Shown: positions 28,718 to 39,939, numbered from the stretch's first letter. The stretch: DNA of 64,000 nucleotides from an uncultured Methanomicrobiales archaeon (GCA_963758915.1 CAVWXH010000015.1:1-64000), one strand, 5' to 3'. Notes: generated by a model not told the origin, from the sequence alone. Made by a program: numbers and translations.

Positions 28718-30062
28718 TTATGGTGGACTTGGTGAATTTGGCCAGGTGTGTGCCCATGATCCCCCGGTTGACGTCAACCCTGCCACTCCACCATAGCTGT
28801 GTCTACCAGGATAGAAATCAACATTGTCAGGATCTCCAGCTGAATTCGTCGCAGTTACATCCCCGGAATACCCACAAGGCCTGTATATCTCATTTTCGGT
28901 CTTTATTTTGTAGTACCCGTCATCGAATATATCTTTCCGGACGCGGAGAAGTCGAAGTCCATTTGTGACTTTCTGGTACAATACTCCTGGCCGTAATCAT
29001 GTCCATGGTCGAATGAACAGTTCGCATATTGCCCGTTCGGACCTGTCGAAATTGCACTCGCAGTTCCGCTGTCCCCACGCTGCTTCGATTTCGCCACAGG
29101 CTGTTGTCTTATACGAATTGGTTTCAGGAGTACCATATTTAACAAATGCATTTTGCCCTGCTGCTGCACCCAGATGGAAGTTCAGGTTACCATCTTCAAC
29201 CGTTCCGGATATGAGTGAAGTAAATCCCTGTGGAATTGATGAGATCTGCAGTAACACCTGCCGTATCAGCGTTCTTAATCCACCCACATTGGTAGGCATA
29301 GGTAGGCAATCCGTAATACACGATTTGGAATCACTGGAGTATGTATTCACTCTTTCTGGTCCATCCGCTTCTACGGTGTAAAGGCCCCGGTACCCTGGTG
29401 AACAAAAAACAGAGAAGAGCCATATCCATTCGATCTCCCGAAGGTGGAATCTTGAGACATTACTACTCGTTGCCTCGGCAACTTACTGCTGCAGTGGAAC
29501 CATCTCGCATTAAACGAGTAACTTGTCGCTTCGATCGTGGAAAAGTCATGTGACACATACACATTGTCCGGCTACCACTCCGGATACAGTGCTCAATAAC
29601 GGGATCTGATTCGTAGTGAATAATTCATCAGAGTCCGTTGATGCTATCGGCCCCGCATGCTGGAAAACAACCACACGACCATCGGTAAACTCGACTTCCG
29701 CATGCGCTTCATTGTTCATTCGCATCTTTCGCAATAACTTCTGCCCAGCCAGAGGGACCCTCGAGGATCAGGTTCTGGGTCACGCCAGTATCTGTTTCAT
29801 CCAGAATCTCCATAAGAATCACCTGATACAGCTGGAGGATTTCCCAGTTGGTTCTATTGAACCACCAGGCCCGACTGCTGCACCTTGAATGGTGGCACTC
29901 CCATCTGCATTGGTTGTGTAAGTCACCTGATATTGGCCATTTTCACTAATGCCGGCCCAATAATCCGCCTGGACAGGAAGGATACAGAATACCATACACA
30001 CAAAGGAGGCATACTCTCAAGGATAATGGAATTCTCTGATAATTTTCGTTCTTTTCTCTCAT
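28718..30062 (-). pseudogene. Multiply frameshifted secreted protein gene
   Basis: Signal-like start (..VFCILPVQA-DYWAGISENGQ) followed by a chain of short same-strand ORF fragments in alternating frames. Confidence 0.5.
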
Positions 30063-30427
30063 CTGAAACATCCCCCGATGTAATAATTATTCTAGTATTC
30101 ATCACTACAATTACATTGATTAATAGACTTAAATGACGGCAACAAAAAATAAATAGATAATGCATTACAATTATGCATTTCATCGATTTATTTCATAGAA
30201 TAAGCATCAGAGTGCACTTTGTTGATATACTCATGAAGGGCCGATATCGTTATAGACAGGATTTTCAACGAAGCAAGAAAGTGTTTTAGGAATAGTAAGT
30301 ATCGTTACTAGTCAGATCGATGAGGGTCAGGGAGTAATAATGATGTTCCTCCATCGAAATATGTCAAGATTTCAATGAATAAACCTATTTTGGGAGGATC
30401 TACACCCAACTCATCAATCCCGACATT

Positions 30428-31420
30428 TCACGTCACATGCTTGCCATGCAACATGACACCCGGTTGCTCTGTCACGTCCCCAACTACCTTTGCACCCGGT
30501 ACTTCCCGGATAACGTCTCCTGCCCTGTCTGGAGCAACAATGTAGGCATACCCCATTCCCATGTTGAAGGTGCGGTACATTACAGAATCCTGTATCCTCC
30601 CGCTCTCCTGTATCCAGCGGAATATCTCCTGCGGGGACAGCGGGTCGCTGAAATTAAATCCATACCTGGAAAGGCGGGTGAAATTGAGTAGTCCCCCACC
30701 GGTGACATGGCACATCCCGTGTACATCGACCTTCCGGTTCACATCCAGGCATTCGTGGTAGATTCTCGTAGGGGTAAGGAGTTCAGAACCGAGAGTCCTT
30801 CCATTCCCAAGCTTTGCCTCGTAGCCGCCATGCTCTTCTGCGACCTTCCGGGCGAGGGTGAGACCATTGCTATGGACACCACTTGAGGGGACCCCGACAA
30901 TCAGGTCTCCGGGTTGTATTGTTTCACCATTCACAACTTTCTTCTTGTCCTGGATCCCAAGACACGTGCCGGCGAGGTCAAGGCCATTTACAAGGCCACG
31001 GAGCGTTGCAGTCTCGCCACCCACGATATCGATATTCGCCAGTTTTGCCCCTTCGTTCAGCCCGATGCCAATCTGTGCCATTTTACCGGTATCGAGGTGA
31101 TCGGTTGCAACATAGTCGACAAACGCGACGGGTTCGAGGTTCATCACGTAGAGGTCGTTCACGTTCATCGCGATGCAGTCGATACCGACCGTGCTCCAGT
31201 CGTGCATGTAGTCAGCCACGAGCATCTTGGTCCCAACGCCGTCAACGGTAAGAGCGAGGACTTTTTCCCCGAAATCGATGAGGCCGGCATAATGGCCGAC
31301 ACTGCCAAGCATCCTGTTCTGCCCGCTTCGCCGGTAGCTGAGGTTGCTGATCAGCGACTTAACCGCTGCCGCCTCGAGGTCAATATCAACCCCGGCCTCC
31401 CGGTACGCGTCCTCAGTCAT
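30428..31420 (-). CDS. purM: Phosphoribosylformylglycinamidine cyclo-ligase
   Basis: YREAGVDID, DGVGTK, GGETA, SSGVHSNG, HVTGGG, TFNMG. Confidence 0.97.
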   Translation of the reverse strand: MTEDAYREAGVDIDLEAAAVKSLISNLSYRRSGQNRMLGSVGHYAGLIDFGEKVLALTVDGVGTKMLVADYMHDWSTVGIDCIAMNVNDLYVMNLEPVAFVDYVATDHLDTGKMAQIGIGLNEGAKLANIDIVGGETATLRGLVNGLDLAGTCLGIQDKKKVVNGETIQPGDLIVGVPSSGVHSNGLTLARKVAEEHGGYEAKLGNGRTLGSELLTPTRIYHECLDVNRKVDVHGMCHVTGGGLLNFTRLSRYGFNFSDPLSPQEIFRWIQESGRIQDSVMYRTFNMGMGYAYIVAPDRAGDVIREVPGAKVVGDVTEQPGVMLHGKHVT

Positions 31421-32823
31421 CACATTCCTCTGAAAGCCTGAACTCGTCATGCAATACCCGTACTGCACGCGGTCCGTCCTCCTGCTTCACTACGAAGGAG
31501 ATATTGACCTCTGATGATCCCTGTGAGATCATCCTGACATTGATATCAGCCCGGCCAAGTGCCGTGAAGATCCGCCCGCCGGTCCCTTTCGCTCCTGCCA
31601 TTCCTGAGCCGACAACTGCCACCGCACAGACATCCCGGTCGAGTGTCACCTCGCGGACAATCCCCTGTTTTGCAAGTGCTGCGAGGGATTCTGATGCTGC
31701 CGCTGCCTGTGCCTCGTCAATAATGAGCGAGATATTCGCCTCTGATGACCCCTGCGAGATCATCATCACGTTCACTTCGCTGTCTGATAGTGCAGAAAAT
31801 ATTGCCTTCGCGACTCCCGGGTCTTCCAATCATCTGGGCACCGTTGATATTGATGGCGGCAACTTTTTCGATATAGGTGATCGCCTTGACCACACGGCTG
31901 TCATCGCGGACATTCCTGACGATGCAGGTCCCTGGATGGTCGGGGTTGAAGGTGTTCTTCACCCTGACAAGGATATCCTTCTTCATCGCCGGCTCAATCG
32001 AGCGTGGGTGCATCACCTTTGCCCCGAAGAACGAGAGTTCCATGACCTCGAGGTAGGATACCGAGTCGAGGACACGGGCATCGTTGATCACTCGCGGGTC
32101 TGATGTCATGATCCCATCCACATCAGTCCAGATCCAGATCTCATCTGCGTCAATCCCTGCACCGATAATCGCTGCAGAATAGTCAGAACCGCTCCTTCCG
32201 AGCGTGGTCAGGACTCCTTTTTCTGTACATCCCATGAAACCCATAATCACGGGGACCTGGCTGGCGAGGAGGGGAACGATAGAATTTTTTATCTTTTTCT
32301 CTCCTTCCGGTAGCGCCATCGCTTCGCCGTGCTGGGCAGTGGTGAGGATCCCTGCCTCACAACCGTCAAGAACTGTTGACGGGATCCCCTGCTGCCGGAA
32401 GGCTGCACTTACCACCAGTGAATTGAGGCGTTCGCCAAAGGTGATGATATAGTCCTTCGACCTCGGTGTAAGGTCCCTCAGGTTGTGGACCGCATAGAGG
32501 ATATTTTGCAGTTTTCCCAGCCGGTCTTCAATAAGAGGGGCGACTTCGGCCACGTAATCCTTCGCCGAACCTTCCAGGGCCTTCATGTGCCGTACCCTGA
32601 GGGATTCGATAAAAGGCCCGACCATACTGCTGTCAGGACTGTTCACGACCTCCGTCGCTACAGCAATCAGCTGGTCAGTCACCCCGCGCTGGGCTGATAT
32701 AACGACAGCAACCTCGTTCCCGCTCGCATGGTAGTTCTGTATGATACCCGTGACGCGGGAAATGCTTGCGGCATCCGCAACAGAAGTGCCGCCAAATTTC
32801 ATTAAAAACCTCATTCTGGCCAC
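31413..32823 (-). CDS. lysC: Aspartate kinase with two ACT domains (one frameshift near 31815)
   Basis: MKFGGTSV, TTLGRSGSDYSA, WTDVDG..DPR, GAKVMHP. After MIGRPG the ACT domains continue in another frame (VAKAIFSAL..ISQGSSE). Confidence 0.92.
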
Positions 32824-32875
32824 TCTTACAATTCCCTAGCTATTTATGTAATTATAGGATGCAGATAATAATAAG

Positions 32876-34498
32876 ATGCGGTCAGATGAAGTGGTCGATT
32901 GTCATGTCCTCGTAATCGGGAGCGGCGGAGCAGGTGTACGAGCCGCGATTGAAGCCGACGGGTACGGTGACACCGTGCTTGTCTCGAAGACCATCGTGGG
33001 CAAAGGGGGCTGCACAACAATGGCTGAAGGCGGCTATAATGCAGTGCTCAAGGAAATGGACTCCTGCGAGGGCCATTATGAGGACACCCTCCGGGGTGGG
33101 GCGTACTTGAACGACCCCGGCCTGGTCAGGGTACTGGTGGACGAGGCACCTGACAGGATGGCCGATCTCATCCGCTGGGGTGCCGTCTTCGACGTGGATG
33201 ACTGCGCATGTGTTGCCCAGCGCCCGTTCGGGGGCCAGAGGTTCCCGAGGACCTGCTATGCAGGGGACCGGACCGGCCACGAGATGATGACCACCCTCAC
33301 CGAGCGGATGGCTGACACGAACGTGGAGACCTACCAGGAAGTCTCGATTATTTCACTCCTTGAATACGAAGGAAGGGTATCAGGGGCCATGGGCCTTGAC
33401 CGCAATGGCGAGGTCATGCTGTTCCGTTCGGACAGCACGGTCATCGCGACAGGAGGCGGGACCCGTGTCTATGATATCTCAACTAACTCCTCGAGTGGTA
33501 CCGGGGATGGTTATGCACTGGGTTACCGGGCAGGTGCTGAGGTAATCGACATGGAACAGATACAGTTCCACCCGACCGGTGCGGTATATCCTTATGACGC
33601 ACGTGGCCGGCTGGTGACCGAAGCTGTCCGCGGTGAAGGGGGCCTGCTTAAAAACAAGCTCGGGGAGCGGTTCATGACCAGGTATGACCCGGAGCGGATG
33701 GAATTATCCACCCGTGACGTGGTCTCCCGTTCAATTGCAACAGAAATACTGGAAGGACGGGGTACGGAACACGGGGGGGTATTCCTCGACGTGACCCACC
33801 TCCCTTCTTCCCAGATCGAGAGCCGTCTCCCGGTAATGCTCGAACAGTTCCTGAAATTCGGTGTCGATATACGGGTGGAGCCGATGGAGGTTGCCCCCAC
33901 CGCTCACCACATCATGGGTGGCCTTCGCATCCGGCCTGATTGTTCCACAACCGTAACAGGACTATTTGCCTGCGGGGAAGTTTCCGGAGGCGTTCACGGG
34001 GCCAACCGCCTCGGGGGGAATGCCCTCGCTGAAACGCAGGTATTTGGAAAACGGGCAGGAGAAGCTGCAGGGAAAGCGGCAGTCCACGGCAGGAACCACG
34101 ATCCTGCCCAGGTGGAGGGCGAGAGGAACAGGCTTGGGAAGTACTTTACCGGGACATCTGAACCTGCAGCAGTATGGAGACAACTGAAACTATCGATGTG
34201 GGAAGGAGCCGGGATCTTCCGGACCCTGCCTGCCCTGCAGCAGACCCGCTCGGTGATCCAGCACCTCCAGTCCCTGCAACTATATGCGGTGACTGCAGAA
34301 AACCTGGTGGAATGCTGTACGGTGAGGAACATGCTTACTACTGCCTCACTTATCGTCGACTCTGCGTTGCTCCGCCCTGAATCGAGGGGTGCCCATGTCA
34401 GGAAAGACATCACACAGACCTGGACCATGGAAACCTCCCCCTTTGGACATACCTTTATTTCCCGGGGTTGCCGGGGGATCGGGAAGGTGAGCAGATGA
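32876..34498 (+). CDS. tfrA: Thiol:fumarate reductase flavoprotein subunit
   Basis: GSGGAG, CTTMAEGG, QFHPTG, TEAVRGEGG, AHHIMGG, HGANRLGGNAL; paired with tfrB. Confidence 0.93.
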   Translation: MRSDEVVDCHVLVIGSGGAGVRAAIEADGYGDTVLVSKTIVGKGGCTTMAEGGYNAVLKEMDSCEGHYEDTLRGGAYLNDPGLVRVLVDEAPDRMADLIRWGAVFDVDDCACVAQRPFGGQRFPRTCYAGDRTGHEMMTTLTERMADTNVETYQEVSIISLLEYEGRVSGAMGLDRNGEVMLFRSDSTVIATGGGTRVYDISTNSSSGTGDGYALGYRAGAEVIDMEQIQFHPTGAVYPYDARGRLVTEAVRGEGGLLKNKLGERFMTRYDPERMELSTRDVVSRSIATEILEGRGTEHGGVFLDVTHLPSSQIESRLPVMLEQFLKFGVDIRVEPMEVAPTAHHIMGGLRIRPDCSTTVTGLFACGEVSGGVHGANRLGGNALAETQVFGKRAGEAAGKAAVHGRNHDPAQVEGERNRLGKYFTGTSEPAAVWRQLKLSMWEGAGIFRTLPALQQTRSVIQHLQSLQLYAVTAENLVECCTVRNMLTTASLIVDSALLRPESRGAHVRKDITQTWTMETSPFGHTFISRGCRGIGKVSR

Positions 34499-35952
34499 AA
34501 CAACTGACACTCCGCGTCTCACGGTTCGATCCCAAAAATGACGCTGCACCACATTTCGAGACCTATACCGTTAATGTCCATGACGGTGCAAGGGTGCTCC
34601 ATGCCCTTCATGCAATCCACGATGACTGTGACCCTACACTTACCTATCGCTACAGCTGCGGGACCGGGCAGTGCGGGAGCTGTGCCGTCAGGGTGAACGG
34701 TGAACCCGTTCTCGCCTGCATGGAAGAGGCCCGGGACGGTAGCACGGTTGAACCACTTGACCTCCCTGTTATCAAGGACCTCGCAGTAGACCTTCTCCCG
34801 TATATTGATGCCCTGCCGGTAATCTGCCCGGAAGCGACAGCAGCCGCACAAATGCCAGGGAAGGATCTGGTTGAGACGATGAAGCCACTCCGGAGCTGTA
34901 TCGGCTGCATGGCCTGTGTTTCAGTATGCCCGGCCCTTGCCGTTTCAGACTTTGGGGGACCTACGGCGATGAGGCAGGAAATGCGCCTTACCCTTGACCC
35001 GCGGGATACGAAAGACCGGGAGTCTGAAGCAGTAGCAGGGGGCCTTTTCCGTTGTACCAGCTGCCAGGCATGCTGGAAAGTCTGCCCGAAAGAGATCCAG
35101 ATACCAGGAAAAGCCATTGAAAAACTGAGAGAACTGGCACATTACAAGGGCCATACACTCCCACGCCATGCTGAGGTCGCAGCCCTGATCAAGGAGACCG
35201 GACGGAGTGTCACCTGGACTGAACCCTCGTTCCTCGAAATGACGACCGAGGTCATGGAACCTTATGGCCCCGTAAAAAAGACCGTTGGGTTCTTTGTCGG
35301 GTGCATGTATAATCTTCGTCTGCCACGAACAGCGCTTGACGCGATAGAGGTACTCAGGAGGAACGGGGTCAGGGTTGTCATCCCCCGTGACCAGATTTGC
35401 TGTGGTTCCCCGCTCATCCGGACCGGCCAGACAGAATATGTCGGTACCTTAAAAGCCCGGAATATTGCGGCTTTCACAGCACTCGGCATCGATACGGTAG
35501 TGACCATGTGTGCCGGGTGCGGCTCAACGCTCAAGCATGATTATGAGACTCCATTTAAAGTCATGGATTTCTCTGAACTGCTCACTGAGACCGGTTTCGG
35601 GTCACCAGCACACCTTGGACTTAATGTTACATACCATGACCCCTGTCACCTGGCACGGGGGCAGGGTATAACAGAACAGCCCCGTGCTATCCTCAGGAAA
35701 GTCGCAGACATCACTGAGATGCCCTCGATCTGCTGCGGTTCAGGTGGCGGGGTAAGATCCGGTTTCCCGGACGAAGCAGCAGCACTTGGTGAACGCCGGG
35801 GTGAAGAGATTAAAAAAACCGGGGCTGAAATGGTGGTCACCTGCTGCCCGTTCTGCGAGTTCCATATTTCGGGACACACCGATAAACCTGTTCAGCATCT
35901 GGCAACGCTTCTCCTTAACGGTTACAGGGAAAAAGAAAAACCCTGTAAATAG
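34495..35952 (+). CDS. tfrB: Thiol:fumarate reductase Fe-S/CCG subunit
   Basis: 2Fe-2S SCGTGQCGSC, two 4Fe-4S motifs, two HdrD-like CCG domains; ATGA overlap with tfrA. Confidence 0.93.
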   Translation: MKQLTLRVSRFDPKNDAAPHFETYTVNVHDGARVLHALHAIHDDCDPTLTYRYSCGTGQCGSCAVRVNGEPVLACMEEARDGSTVEPLDLPVIKDLAVDLLPYIDALPVICPEATAAAQMPGKDLVETMKPLRSCIGCMACVSVCPALAVSDFGGPTAMRQEMRLTLDPRDTKDRESEAVAGGLFRCTSCQACWKVCPKEIQIPGKAIEKLRELAHYKGHTLPRHAEVAALIKETGRSVTWTEPSFLEMTTEVMEPYGPVKKTVGFFVGCMYNLRLPRTALDAIEVLRRNGVRVVIPRDQICCGSPLIRTGQTEYVGTLKARNIAAFTALGIDTVVTMCAGCGSTLKHDYETPFKVMDFSELLTETGFGSPAHLGLNVTYHDPCHLARGQGITEQPRAILRKVADITEMPSICCGSGGGVRSGFPDEAAALGERRGEEIKKTGAEMVVTCCPFCEFHISGHTDKPVQHLATLLLNGYREKEKPCK

Positions 35953-36043
35953 CCACTTTTTTTGGACCTGGTTTTGTTGTCCGCCCGGAGGGGGGCCGAT
36001 CATGGCATACCAGCGACGTATTCTGAACAGGCCCCGGTATTCA

Positions 36044-36598
36044 TCAGAGTAACAGGGTCAGGACAATGCACACGCTCAACGGAATCGTGAGGTTGTCGTC
36101 AACCGGTGACAGGAGCTCGACAACTCCCGCCGTGACCGCAGCCGCTGCAGCCAACGGGATCGAAAGCGGTGTGAGCACGAGGAGGGCCACAATCGTGGTA
36201 CCTATCCCAGCAAGAGTCCCTTCCAGGGATTTGGATTTCCATATCTTATGGTGCCCGTAGTGGATCCCGACCAGGGTGGCCACACCGTCGAGGACGGCAA
36301 GGCAGATAATTGCCGGTATAACAACCTGAAGGGGAAAAAAGACCAGGACAAAGAAGACACCGATTGTAAAATACAGTGTTCCTTTCCCGGGCATTACGTC
36401 CTTTCTCTCGAGCAGCAACACAACGCCTGATATCAGGGGCAGCTTGTAGCCCCTGGATATCGCATCAGAAAGGATACAGCCGGCAAATATGGCCATCACA
36501 AATGCATAGAGGACCAGTTGCATATCGACCAGCGGGATGGCTATTGCGATACTGAGCCCTATTAGCAGGTGAATACCCTTCCTGAGCACTTCGTGCAT
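36044..36598 (-). CDS. Dolichol/phytol kinase-like (CTP_transf_1) membrane protein
   Basis: RKGIH, DGVATLVG..YG, KSLEG, DDNLTIP. Confidence 0.88.
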   Translation of the reverse strand: MHEVLRKGIHLLIGLSIAIAIPLVDMQLVLYAFVMAIFAGCILSDAISRGYKLPLISGVVLLLERKDVMPGKGTLYFTIGVFFVLVFFPLQVVIPAIICLAVLDGVATLVGIHYGHHKIWKSKSLEGTLAGIGTTIVALLVLTPLSIPLAAAAAVTAGVVELLSPVDDNLTIPLSVCIVLTLLL

Positions 36599-36706
36599 TC
36601 TATTTTTTTATGATCCCGCAAGGATTAATGGATGATCATAATCCTCTCCGGCTCAGGACACAAAACAGAGAATATTTTGACCGTGCTGACTAATACACAA
36701 TGAAGA

Positions 36707-38002
36707 ATGCCCCGTCAATTAAAAAGTGAGCAAATCAAACTTTTCCATGAAACCACGGTGGGTAGTCAGTGTATTTCCGGCAGGCCGGAAACTGCCGATC
36801 CTTTAAGCGGGGCACCGGACTTCCTGCCCGGAGAGGTAATCCCTGATGAGGTGCGGGTTGGGGAATTGACTGTGAGGAGGTATTCGGCTGAGCTCTGGAC
36901 TTCGGCTCAGAGGAAGGCCTCATCCATCCATGAAATATCCTACCGTGCCTGTTTCAAGCCTCAACTTGCAGCCTTTTTTATTGAACGGTTTTCAGAGGAG
37001 AGAGACCTCGTGTATGACCCTTTTGGCGGGAGAGGGACAACTGTCATCGAGGCAGGTCTTCTCGGCCGCAAGGTAGTGCAAAACGACATTAACCCGCTCT
37101 CTGCCCTGCTGACAATACCACGTTTTTTTGTTCCCGCCAAAGAGGAGGTCCCCGACCGCCTTTCCATGGTCCCCCGTGACTTTGAAAAGGCACCCCAACT
37201 CGACCTTTCAATGTTTTACCATCCCGCAACCGAGAAGGAGATACTCGCCCTCCGTGAATTCCTCACGGGACGCCAGAACCAGGGGGAATATGATGAAACC
37301 GATGCATGGATCAGGATGGTGGCAACAAACCGGCTCACCGGGCATTCCAGTGGTTTTTTTTCGGTATACACCCTCCCCCCAAACCAGGCAGTATCCCCGG
37401 GCGCCCAGTCAAAGATCAACATCAGGCGGAAGCAGGTTCCACCATACCGGGATACCCATGAAATCATCGTGAAAAAGACCAGGACCCTTACCCGTAACCT
37501 CACTGTGAAGGAGCGTGAAAGGCTCCGCAACGCAGGTGAATCCGGCATTTTTCTTACCGGTCATGCCGCCTCGACACCGGAAATCCGGGACGATTCGGTC
37601 CAGCTGACGGTTACCTCACCCCCGTTTCTCAATATTGTCCAATATTCAAAGGACAACTGGCTCAGGTGCTGGTTTAATGCAATCGACGATACCGCTATCG
37701 GAAAGAAGATCACGATGACACATTCCCTTGACGTGTGGGTTTCCATGATCTCCGGGGTGTTCCAGGAGTTGTTCCGGATTACCCGGCCTGGCGGGTGGGT
37801 CGCATTTGAAGTAGGGGAAGTAAAGAAGGGGACACTCCGGCTGGACGAACATGTCATCCCTGCCGGTATTTCCGCCGGGTTCCGGTGCGAATGCATCCTG
37901 ATAAACCAGCAGGAATTTACCAAGACCTCCAACATCTGGGGTATCGGGAACAATAATTCCGGGACGAATACCAACAGGATCGTGTTGTTCCGGAAAGAGT
38001 AG
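36707..38002 (+). CDS. Orphan amino-type (N4/N6) DNA methyltransferase-family protein
   Basis: Motif I-like YDPFGGRGTT and motif IV-like VTSPPF; no adjacent restriction endonuclease. Confidence 0.8.
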   Translation: MPRQLKSEQIKLFHETTVGSQCISGRPETADPLSGAPDFLPGEVIPDEVRVGELTVRRYSAELWTSAQRKASSIHEISYRACFKPQLAAFFIERFSEERDLVYDPFGGRGTTVIEAGLLGRKVVQNDINPLSALLTIPRFFVPAKEEVPDRLSMVPRDFEKAPQLDLSMFYHPATEKEILALREFLTGRQNQGEYDETDAWIRMVATNRLTGHSSGFFSVYTLPPNQAVSPGAQSKINIRRKQVPPYRDTHEIIVKKTRTLTRNLTVKERERLRNAGESGIFLTGHAASTPEIRDDSVQLTVTSPPFLNIVQYSKDNWLRCWFNAIDDTAIGKKITMTHSLDVWVSMISGVFQELFRITRPGGWVAFEVGEVKKGTLRLDEHVIPAGISAGFRCECILINQQEFTKTSNIWGIGNNNSGTNTNRIVLFRKE

Positions 38003-38104
38003 GGGAAATAGGTCTGTTTTTCCCCTTGGGGGCTATAGCAGGAATTGGGTGAATACCATCTCATGTCCTTGCAGCTCTGCTGCCTGGAATTTCTTAACAT
38101 AATG

Positions 38105-38602
38105 GCTGGTATGAAAAACTCCGGCAAAACAATCTGAAATGCCACCTTTTTCATGCTCCTCTTTTAGCTAAAAGGCTCATAGCACGCTCTGTTGACATTC
38201 ACTCAAATCTATCTTTGGGATTAGGGTGTTCCCATATTTACCTTCGCTCCCAGGGCTCCGCCCCACCGCTGTGGCGATCCCTGTTTGGATAGAGACTGCA
38301 CCCCGTACCCGGAAATTTATGAGAGTCTGGAAACGCTGCCCAACGGATATCTTATTGGGGGTGGGGCAGAGAGGGGGGTGAGACCCCCTTGGATGTTTAC
38401 GTATATCCTCTTTTTTTAACTGTGCGGGGTTTCCCATGAAAACAGGCATGATGCCAAAAGGCCACAAGCATACAACATGAAATTGCCAGTGGGAATTCTC
38501 ATATTAAATGCCTGAACGGCCAGCGATATGGAGAGATTTTGGACGTCGCATTTTCAATCGTTCTGGTGTGAACTTCCCGTTCATGTGTGTTTCCACAGAG
38601 CC
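38105..38602 (+). repeat. Dispersed intergenic repeat, longest copy B
   Basis: Shares colinear blocks with 1561-1902 (minus strand), 27499-27554 and 63281-63629. Confidence 0.8.
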
Positions 38603-38666
38603 ATAATTACATTATGATTAGTCTTTTTTTAAAAAAAACAGGTTTATTTCAGATTAATTGTTCTCC

Positions 38667-39818
38667 TCACAACTGGACAAGGTATTCATAGGCTTCCAGC
38701 GCTGCCTTGGCCCCTTCTCCTGCTGCGATGATGATCTGTTTGCCCTTGATATTCGTTACATCTCCTGCAGCAAAAATTCCAGGGACACTGGTGTGACAGT
38801 TAATATCGATAATGATCTCTTTCTGGTCATTGAGCTTCACCAGGTCTGATACAAAATCCGTGTTAGGTGACCAGCCGATCTCAGCAAATACTCCATCGAG
38901 GGTAATTTTTGATTCTTCACTGGTGAGCCGGTCTTTGATAGTGATTGCGTTAAGGAGGTTATCCCCGTGAAGCATGGTCACGACCGAATTGGAATGGAGA
39001 ATAATATTTTTTTGTGCCTCGAAGAGCTTGACATACACTTCGTCAGCCCGGATAGTACTTCTTACAATCAGGTGAACTTCCCTGGCAATTCTGCTCATTT
39101 CGACCGCAGTCTGAAGGGCTGAATTCCCCCCTCCTACAATGGCAACGACCTTGTTTTTGAATAACGGGCCATCACAGGTTGAACAGATTGAAAGGCCCCT
39201 GCCGAGAAAACGTTCCTCCCCATCGACACCGAGTTTTTTCGGTTGTTTCCCTGGTGCAAGGATAACAGCTCGCGCAAGGTAGGTAGTATCCGTGGCAGTA
39301 TGGATTGTAAATATTCCATCAGACGGGATAATTTCCCGGACCCCGTCCAGTTCCAGGCTGATCTTCTGCTCCTTGACCTGGTCCTCAAATTTCTTCATCA
39401 GCTCATCGCCGGTGATCATCCGGTACCCCATGTAGTTCTCGATGGTCCAGCTTTCAAGGGCCTGGCCCCCGATATTTTCAGTGATGACCACGGCGGTGAG
39501 GAGCTTCCTCGCACAGTATACGGCAGCGGTCAGTCCGGCCGGCCCTGCACCGATTATAACAACATCAAGAATATCCCCTTCGGTCCCGGTACCAAAAATT
39601 TCATTGAGTCGCTGGGCATCAAACCCGACAATTATCTCGTCGTCGATCGTGATGACCGGGACACCACGCTGACCGGAGATCCCGATCATGTGCTTTGCTG
39701 CTCCCTCGTCCTCCCCGACATCGATTGATGTAAAAGGGATGTTGTGTTTCTCGAGAAACGCCTTTGCCATCCTGCAGTAGGGGCAGTTTTTTGTTGAATA
39801 TACGGTTACCTGCGGCAT
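38667..39818 (-). CDS. Glutaredoxin-thioredoxin reductase fusion
   Basis: N-terminal CPYC..GQRGVPV Grx domain; GAGPAG, CSTC redox motif, GGGNSA, GIFAAGD. Start ATG 39818. Confidence 0.93.
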   Translation of the reverse strand: MPQVTVYSTKNCPYCRMAKAFLEKHNIPFTSIDVGEDEGAAKHMIGISGQRGVPVITIDDEIIVGFDAQRLNEIFGTGTEGDILDVVIIGAGPAGLTAAVYCARKLLTAVVITENIGGQALESWTIENYMGYRMITGDELMKKFEDQVKEQKISLELDGVREIIPSDGIFTIHTATDTTYLARAVILAPGKQPKKLGVDGEERFLGRGLSICSTCDGPLFKNKVVAIVGGGNSALQTAVEMSRIAREVHLIVRSTIRADEVYVKLFEAQKNIILHSNSVVTMLHGDNLLNAITIKDRLTSEESKITLDGVFAEIGWSPNTDFVSDLVKLNDQKEIIIDINCHTSVPGIFAAGDVTNIKGKQIIIAAGEGAKAALEAYEYLVQL

Positions 39819-39931
39819 TGATACCCTGCATTTCAGATGTATCCGGATATAAAGATGCTGGAACACCCGGGATTAATCTAACAGAATAGTTCAATCCAAC
39901 CCCGCACTGCCATGTCATAGCATAGCAAGGA

Positions 39932-39939
39932 TTAAGTAT
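39932..39939 (+). promoter_or_regulatory. TATA box of the Phe-leader/binding-protein transcript
   Basis: ttaagtat, 31 nt upstream of GGTAAACT, the same offset as copy 1. Confidence 0.6.
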
